Source: Octopus vulgaris
Lineage: Eukaryota
Assembly: GCA_951406725.2 (NCBI GenBank)
Contig: OX597815.1
Span: 104,904,001-104,968,000 of the forward strand
DNA length: 64,000 bases
Reading direction: 5' to 3'
In this document: positions 56,410-64,000 of the stretch, one piece after another
How the letters are laid out: every line of letters starts with the position of its first letter
How positions within the stretch are numbered: the stretch's first letter is position 1
Translations under genes and position numbers: made by a program
Notes under the pieces: model-generated
The model's database searches: none
Told to the model about the DNA's origin: nothing
What the model saw: the letters and a program-made list of their open reading frames with translations, nothing else

Positions 56410-59400
56410 TGTGGGGAATTAATAATAATGGTATACCCTCCCACGTGACGAATAGAATAACCCAGTCACTATAAGTAAAAAGAAGTACCAGAGTACATAG
56501 TAAGCCGTCAGAGAGAGTCGTGTCTTTATTGGTTTTACTAAGTATACTGTATACCGTAGTGTGCATATTACAATACAACATTTAAAGACTACCCATGAGG
56601 GATTAATAAACTCGACGAGGATGAATCAATTCACGTGGAGTTAATAGAAACCCGAAAAGGAGTTAATAAACTCACAAAGCTGGTGTACGAATTTTACGAA
56701 AAGTGGTAAAAGTATGGACAATTTGCTGGCCGAGTTGCAAAAACGCTTGAGATGCAAAAACAGCAACAACAGCAATTGAAATAACAACAACGGCAGCAGA
56801 TACAACTGCAAGAATAATAACAGAAGCAAGAACAATAACAAATAATATTACAGCAATAAATTCTGCAATTACTGAAGTCGTCAGGAAAGTCAGAAAAAAT
56901 TTTCTCGACAGATTTGTCTCGAACTCCGTAATAAAGTTACCTTCGAAACACACTACAGAAGATATGAACAAATCTTCGAGTAAGAATGTAATGATTGAGG
57001 CGATGAAATGAAAACGCGATTAATCTTGGAAATCTGGCGGCAACAGAACATGAACGATACAGTAGTAATGTACTCCAAGAAAACTTTCGGACATAAACTT
57101 TAATGACACAATATCTATTGTGTAAAATTCTCAGTAAAAATAGCTCATTTTTCAACACAGGTTGGAAGCGTCTGAACATAAAGAAAAACAACGACGAGGA
57201 CTACATCATATAAGCTGGTAGAGTGAACAGGGGATGTGAGAATTCTAAGCTGGACGAATAAACGCCAGATATGTTCAAATGCCTGATTCTTACACAAGGA
57301 CTTACTGCCAAAAAGATGCAGAAGGTAGAACTAGAATTCTCGCAAAGCTTAATCAAATCCAGGAGATAACCCTACAACAAATGTCGGAAGAATGTGAAAG
57401 GATAGTCAAATTAAGACACTACGCAGAGGGAATCGAACGGAAAAAGTGTTTCGAAGTAAAATAAGTGCGAAATAGCTAGATTACAGATAAAGTGTTTTCT
57501 AAAGAACACGACAAAAATCAGAAAATAAGCCCATGTTTTACATGTGGAGGTATACGCCTAAGGAAAAAGAAAGCGCGTGCTTTCGTTGAGGAAATATAGG
57601 ACATATAAAAACGCCCTATTGAACGAAGCTGACAAAACGTCAGAACAAAGGAAAAAGAATAAATAGTATGTCATCGGAAGAAATTGGCAGTATAACGATG
57701 ACGAAAATTCGATGAAGGTGAAAATCAGAAATACAAATGCTAAAGGGAATTGTGATATCACCATTATAAACGAAATAAAGAAAAACGTGGAAATATGTCG
57801 GTAAGCCGAAATTAATTAAATCGAAAAAGGTAGCACATGGTGTTACGGGAAAAGGATTATATTTCGTGGTCAAACGAAAAAGGCAAAGATATATGTATTA
57901 AAAGATTCACTTAGTCTATTTGGGACAGAGTGGATGGAACAATTCAAATTGTGGGATACGCCCATAAATGTTCTGCGTGGAAATATGGTTGGGTCAATCA
58001 AAGGTTCAAATGAAATCGAAGGACGGAAACAAAAATATTAAAAAATTATTTCCAGATATTTTTTCTTGGAAGAACTGGGTTGTTGTACAATAGCAAAAGC
58101 TAGGATCGCTGTAAAACAAAGTGCAACACCGGTCTATAGGCAAAAACGGAACGTACCATTTGCAGCAAAGACCAGGTTAACAAAGAACTGGAATGACTGG
58201 AAAGTCTTGATATAATTGAAAAGACAGACCACGCAGTATGGGCTGTACCGACGGTTTACTTGAAAAGAAGAATAACAAACTAAGAGTTTGTGCATATTTT
58301 TCAACTGGGTTGAATGATTGTTTAGTTGCACATAACTAACCATTGCCCAGTCCAGAGGAATTTTTGCAAAAGTGAATGGAGGGAAATTCTTCTTTAAATT
58401 AAACCTCTCGGAGTCATATCTACAAATACAAGTAGAAGAATGCGCACATTTATTGACAACTAGCAGTATCGCCCGGCGTTGCTCGGGTTTGTAAGGGAAA
58501 TAACTATAAAGCATTTTTAGAGAGTTATAGCCAAAAAATGGAAAAAAAATTATGGTAATTTTTTTTAGTTAAAAAGGTCGAGTTGCGTCCCCTAGACAGT
58601 CTGTGGTTTGTGTTTCTGATTATCGACCCCATGTCGAATTTATCGATTATTTTCAGAACTGGGGGAACTTTTCAAAATTTTCGCTGCGTTAGTTTTGAAT
58701 TATGACATTGGGCTATGTGTGTGTCAAGTTTCATCAGAATCGGTTGAAAGCCGTGGTCAGGGTGAGGGTACAACCTAACAGACACACAGAAACACACACA
58801 GACAAACTGCCGTTTATATATAGAGAGATTAACACACAACGTGGCTTATTTAAATTTAAGCGGCTTCCCTTCGGTGTAAAATTGGCTCCTGCCATATTTC
58901 AGCAAGTAATTGATACAACGTTGAGTGATTGTGATTTCGCTATCGCCTATCTAGACGAAATTTTAATAAAGAGTGAAACACAGGAACAACACTTTGAATA
59001 CGTTAAAAGAGTATTTGAAACATAAGGGTTCAAGATAACGGAGGAAAAATATGAGTTCTTGTTGAATAAAATCAAATACTTAGGAAAAGTAATTGACAAA
59101 ATCGGTAGAAAACCAGATCCATCAAGGGCAACGGCGATAGACAATATACCCACACCAAAAAAATGTAACTATGCTCAGGCATTCTTGGGAAAATCGAATA
59201 AGGAAGTCATGGATAAGGTAGCTCTAGAACAATTTTTAAGAGTGAACTATGTGACACCAAATCCGAATACACCAGCTCACCTGTGGAGCTGATGTTTGCG
59301 AGGAAAGTAAAATCAGACTTCGATAAATTGCTTCCTGACAAGAAGAGAAAAAATGCCAAGGAAAACATAGCTAGATTCTTTAAAGTTGGTGAAAAGGTGT

Positions 59401-59921
59401 TTATGAGGGCATACAAAAATGGAAAGTAGAGTTGGGAAGATGGCGCAATTATCAAATACGTAAGTAAAATGATATATTGGGTAAAAAGTGGAAAAGGCAT
59501 ACACAGGAAGCAACTGAAAAAGAGATTCATGGAAAGCGAACCAAAGAAGTTGGAAGAACCGAAGGAATGGTTGTACGATACGTTCCAAGTACCAGCTCCA
59601 CTGTAGGTGATTGAACCCAGGCGTACAATTGAAAATAGATGCCAAGCGAAAAAAATATTAAATTGTACGGAAAAAAAACCTAAAAAGGCGGTGGGGGGAA
59701 TAAAAAATTGTTTGCTACATAAACTTAAAAGGGGAGATATTGTAGGGAATTAGTAATAATGGTGCACTCATCGCACCTGATGAATGGAATAACATGGTCA
59801 CTATAAGTAAAGAGAAGTTCGTGAAGTACCAGTGTAGGTAGTAGGCGGTCAGAGACAGCCGTGTCTTTACTGATTTTACTAAGTATACTGTATGCCGAAG
59901 TGGGCGTATAACAATCCAACA
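56410..59921 (+). mobile_element. Ty3/gypsy LTR retrotransposon, internally deleted and decayed
   Basis: LTRs 56410-56580 and 59741-59921 (TG...CA, alignable); PPT aaaaggggagatat before the 3' LTR; PBS-like cgacgaggat ~56613; RT INTQRGLFKFKRLPFGVKLAPAIFQ..YLDEILI; integrase tail YVTPNPNTP..ELMF. Confidence 0.92.
58460..58828 (-). mobile_element. Non-autonomous Helitron (369 bp) nested in the gypsy RT
   Basis: Minus strand 5' TC, 3' CTAG, hairpin cccgagc-aac-gccggg; removal restores the in-frame HLLT-INTQRGLF; inserted between A and T with no TSD. Confidence 0.9.
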
Positions 59922-61660
59922 TTGTAAGGACTATAATAATATACTAAAGCTTTACATCAGCCGCATTAATCTTACCAGTCTGAGAGTGTACACAGGTCAT
60001 GAAGATTAATCTGATTCCTCTTACTGAAATATATTTCTCTGTCGTTCTGTACTATTTGCTGGTTCTGTAAATGAATTTATAAAGGTTTAAGGTTAAAATA
60101 TTGTAATCGGAACTCACTTCGATCGGTCATATATCTAATGAGCCAACGAAAAAGCCACTACGTTATCATTCGATGTGCTAGAAATGACAGGTTTATAAAT
60201 TTATCTATCTTTTCAAATAAGAAATGGGTATATCAAATAATATAGTTGTAGTATACTGCAGAAGATGGATTGTTCGCCTTCGGAATGTTTTCAAACGATT
60301 TATGTACATCATTCCTAACACATATATTACCTATTTATTGCTGAAGACCATTTTCTTCCGCTTCATTTTCATCTTTAAATGAAAACGAAAATTCTATTTA
60401 AAATTGTGCATTGAAGAAATCGTTATTGTTTATCAAGTATTTCTATGATAAAAGCATTCCAGATGTGAACATCAGTCTTCTACGACATATATGACTATAA
60501 AATGCATTATGTCTCTTTTCAGTTTCTTACTGTGATGTAAGTTCATCTAGGTTCTTGGACAGTAGAAGGCCAAGGTGCTTCTTGAAAACATCTACTTTCA
60601 CTGCATGTACATCTCTCGGACATTTTTACGAGAGAGAGGGGGGGATAAAGGGGAAGAGGGAGAGAGAAAAGGGCAGAGAGAGAGAGAGAAGAAGAGGAGA
60701 GAAAGAAGGAGAGAGAGAGAAGAATTTTAAATGCCACATATCAGCTCAGGCTTCCATTGATTACTTATTTGAAAGCATATTGGATTTCCTTTCGGTTTTG
60801 CGTTCTCGAATAATGTTTTCAAACAAGAAACCGTTGCGTTGTTTCTTTCTTTGACAGGTTATTAGTACTTTATAAGTTTGTTAATGCTTATGTTGTATAC
60901 GCTTACATTTTTGTGTGTCGAATTATGACTTTCTGTGTTTGTGAGTACATTTTTTTGTACAGTGTCATTTTTTTATGTTTATCTCATTTTACATTCTGTT
61001 TTAACCTTTCGAATTCGCTTTTGTGTTTACCAAAAAATACTTCAGCTTTATTTAGGGAAGATCGATGTATCTCGAGCTATTTCTTATGTTGTTAATGCTT
61101 TTTCTCTCTTCCAGGAGATTAATCAATACTGAATTAAATGTAAATACAAGAAACATCCTTAAGAAAAAAAGATATGCCTGCTTAACAGATATACCCTTTG
61201 TATACCTCAGATGCTAGTGTACATGTTTGTATATCTCAGATGTTTGTATAGACTTAAACAATTGTCTGTTTGTTTACCCCTAAACACCAGAATGATGATG
61301 AGGATGGTGACCACGACGGTGACCACGACGAGGAGCAAGAATAGGTACAAGGCTTCAATTGTTTTATTGGATCACTCCCGAAAGGATGAAAGACAAAGCT
61401 GACCACGGTGTAGTTTCAACTGAAAACGGAAAAAGCAAACTAAATGCCGCAAAGCATTTTATCCAGCTTGGTAACGATTCTGTTAGCAAGGAACAAGGCC
61501 TGAACTTAGATCAATCGATCATATTGTTACCAACGTAGTAGGTGGAGTTAACACAGCAGGACATATTGTCTGACATGCTGGGTGAAATATCGCGAAGCAT
61601 TTGGTCCAGCATACTAACAATTCTGTCAGATCGCCGCCATCAGTATTATTGTTATTATTA

Positions 61661-61752
<92 letters not shown>

Positions 61753-61758
<6 letters not shown>

Positions 61759-63528
61759 TAGTTTTATTTTTATAGCGTGCTTTCACTTCACTACCGAGCG
61801 CAGCTCTGTGTGCCTTAGGAATGTGCTGTGATTTGTTGTGATGCTCTGATGGTTATTGTATGGAAAGTGTTCTGCGTAGGATGTGTGCAGTGCCTAGTAG
61901 TGCAATTTTCTGTATGTTATATGTGTTTGTAAGTCCTAGTGTTTTTGTTATGTATTTGTCTGAATATTTTTTATCATGCCTAATGCACCTACTATGATAG
62001 GAATTGTTTCTGTTTTTAGATTCCACATTCTGGTTACGTCTATTTCCAGGTCTTTTAGAGACACGTTGTCATCTGCCGGTATTGATACATCAATTAGAAA
62101 GCATTTTTTTCTTCATGATCTCTGACAACTATATCTGGTCTGTTGGTCTCAATTTCTCTATCTGTGTGTATCGGCATATCCCAGAGTATGGTTGCTTTCT
62201 CGTTTTCTGTGACCTTTTCTGGTGTGTGCCTATACCATCTTTTTTCTGTTGTTATTCCATAATGTTGGCATAGCTTCCAGTGTATATAGGTTCCAACTCT
62301 GTCATGTCTGTGAATATATTCCTTCTTAGCCCGGACTGGGCAGCCAGAGATAATATGATTTATTGTTTCTTGTCCATCTCCACATATTCTGCAGTTACTT
62401 GTTATATTTCTTTTCATTACATGTTTTTGGTAATTTCTGGTGGGGAGGCTTTGGTTTTGTGCTGCAATTAAAAATCCCTCTGTCTCTGCTTTGAGTCCTG
62501 AGCTTCTCAACCATTGCTGGGATTTTTCTTTGTCTATTTCTTTTGCGTTTAGTTTAGTCCAGTATTTACCATGAAGGGGCTTTTCTTGCCATCGTTTTAT
62601 CATGGTTCGTTGCTGTTCTATTTTTAGTTTGGATTTCATTTGTTTTATAGCCTTTGTTGTTTCTTTATTTTCTTCTTCTTCTTCTTCTTCTTCTTCTTCT
62701 TCTTCTTCTTCTTCTTCTTCTTCTTCTTCTTCTTCTTCTTCTTCTTCATATTAGGTGGTATGATTTCTTATTTGTATTTGTCAGCTTCCTTAAATATTGA
62801 GAACAGTTTTTTGTTTTGCTCGTGTTTTGCCACTATTTGTATCAGTTTTCCTTCCTTCTGAAGTAGATATTTTTGCAGTCCTATGGTGGATATTTTATAG
62901 TAGTTTTCCAGCTGTATATGGCCTCTACCACCGTCTATACGTTGTATATATAGTCTTTCTATGTCAGATTTTGGGTGATGCATCCTAGATCCTGTCATTA
63001 TTTTTCTTGTTTTCCTATCTATTTTGGTCAGTTCATTTAGTGTCCAGTTAAGGATATTGTAGCTGTAACTTATAACTGGGACAGCTAAAGTGTTAATACC
63101 TATTATCTTGTTTTTAGCATTGAGCTCTGTTTTTAGTATTGATCTAACTCGTCTATAATATTCTTTTTTATTTTCTCTTTCATTTGTGTGTGTTGTGTCT
63201 TATCTAGTTCATGGATTCCTAAGTATTTGTAAGTTTTGCTTTGGTCTACTTCTTTTATTTCATTGGTTTTATCTAGTGTGATGTTGCTACTCTTAACTAG
63301 TTTTCCTCTTTTCCTGGTTACTTTGGCGCATTTTTCTAATCCAAATTTCATATCTATTTCTTTGGTAAATCCATGAACTGTCTTTAATAGTGTTTCCAGC
63401 TGTTTGTCATTTGCAGCGTATAGTTTTAGGTCATCCATATATAAAAGGTGGCTGATCGTTTTGCCATAACATTTATATCCGCATCCAGTTCTATTTAACA
63501 TATCAGATAGAGGTGACAGTGCCAAGCA

Positions 63529-63530
<2 letters not shown>
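61753..63530 (-). mobile_element. R4/Dong-clade LINE (RT plus restriction-like endonuclease), 5'-truncated, in (TAA)n
   Basis: ISHLLYMDDLKLYA, FGLEKC, YKYLG, CRICGDGQETINHIISGC (CCHC), YIHRHD, ILWD..TD..NRPDIVV; (ATT)n on both sides; (GAA)n expansion at 62670-62747. Confidence 0.95.
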
Positions 63531-63611
<81 letters not shown>

Positions 63612-63615
63612 TAAC

Positions 63616-63706
<91 letters not shown>

Positions 63707-63786
63707 AAGAAGAAGACGAAGAAGAAGAAGAAGAAGAAGAAGAAGAAGAAGAAGAAGAAGAAGAAGAAGAAGAAGAAGAAGAAGAA
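63530..63786. repeat. (ATT)n, then (AAT)n, then (AAG)n compound microsatellite
   Basis: Direct read. Confidence 0.95.
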
Positions 63787-63799
63787 ATGCTTGGTTGCA

Positions 63800-64000
63800 G
63801 TACCTAAGAATGAAAGCTAAAGGTGATCTCGGCGGAAATTGAACATGCGTGTTAAGGATTCTTCTAGCTCGCTACCTTAATAATAATAGTAATAACCCTT
63901 TCTACAAAAGACACAAAACCTGAAAGCTTGGCAGAGTGTGGTTAGTCAACTACATCTGCACCAGTACTTGACTAGTACTTATTTCAACGACCTCGAAAGG
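63800..64000 (-). mobile_element. Decayed SINE family A fragments
   Basis: gaatgaaagc..ctcggcggaaattgaac; ccagtacttgactagtacttattt..cgacctcgaaagg. Confidence 0.6.

Noticed and set aside
60524-61145. Several + strand acceptor-like sites (~60522, 60857, 61113)
   Set aside because: No consistent open exon; common in T-rich DNA, though non-coding exons cannot be excluded

Overview
AT-rich, microsatellite-dense eukaryotic DNA that looks intergenic or intronic. The SINE families, (TAA)n-targeted R4/Dong LINE and repeat landscape most resemble a coleoid cephalopod (Octopus-like) genome; that attribution is pattern recognition, not a database result. No host protein-coding gene is confidently identifiable, and most ORFs in the track are microsatellite read-throughs or decayed transposon fragments. 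Recognisable content: a Penelope-like element, CR1/L2, L1/Tx1, RTE and R4/Dong LINE relics, an internally deleted Ty3/gypsy element with both LTRs, mariner, Tc1, pogo and Tigger DNA transposons, a hAT MITE, two non-autonomous Helitrons and several tRNA-derived SINEs. The most interesting signals are: (i) short elements in or beside microsatellites carrying minimal type I hammerhead-ribozyme folds with palindromic stem III, several with a non-A base at core position 6; (ii) a Penelope GIY-YIG endonuclease whose two half-motifs are separated by ~420 nt of Thr/Asn/Ser-rich sequence; (iii) a non-coding ~0.55-kb element found only at (TAA)n tracts; (iv) several unexplained hairpins and inverted repeats. 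All alignments and coordinates were done by eye.
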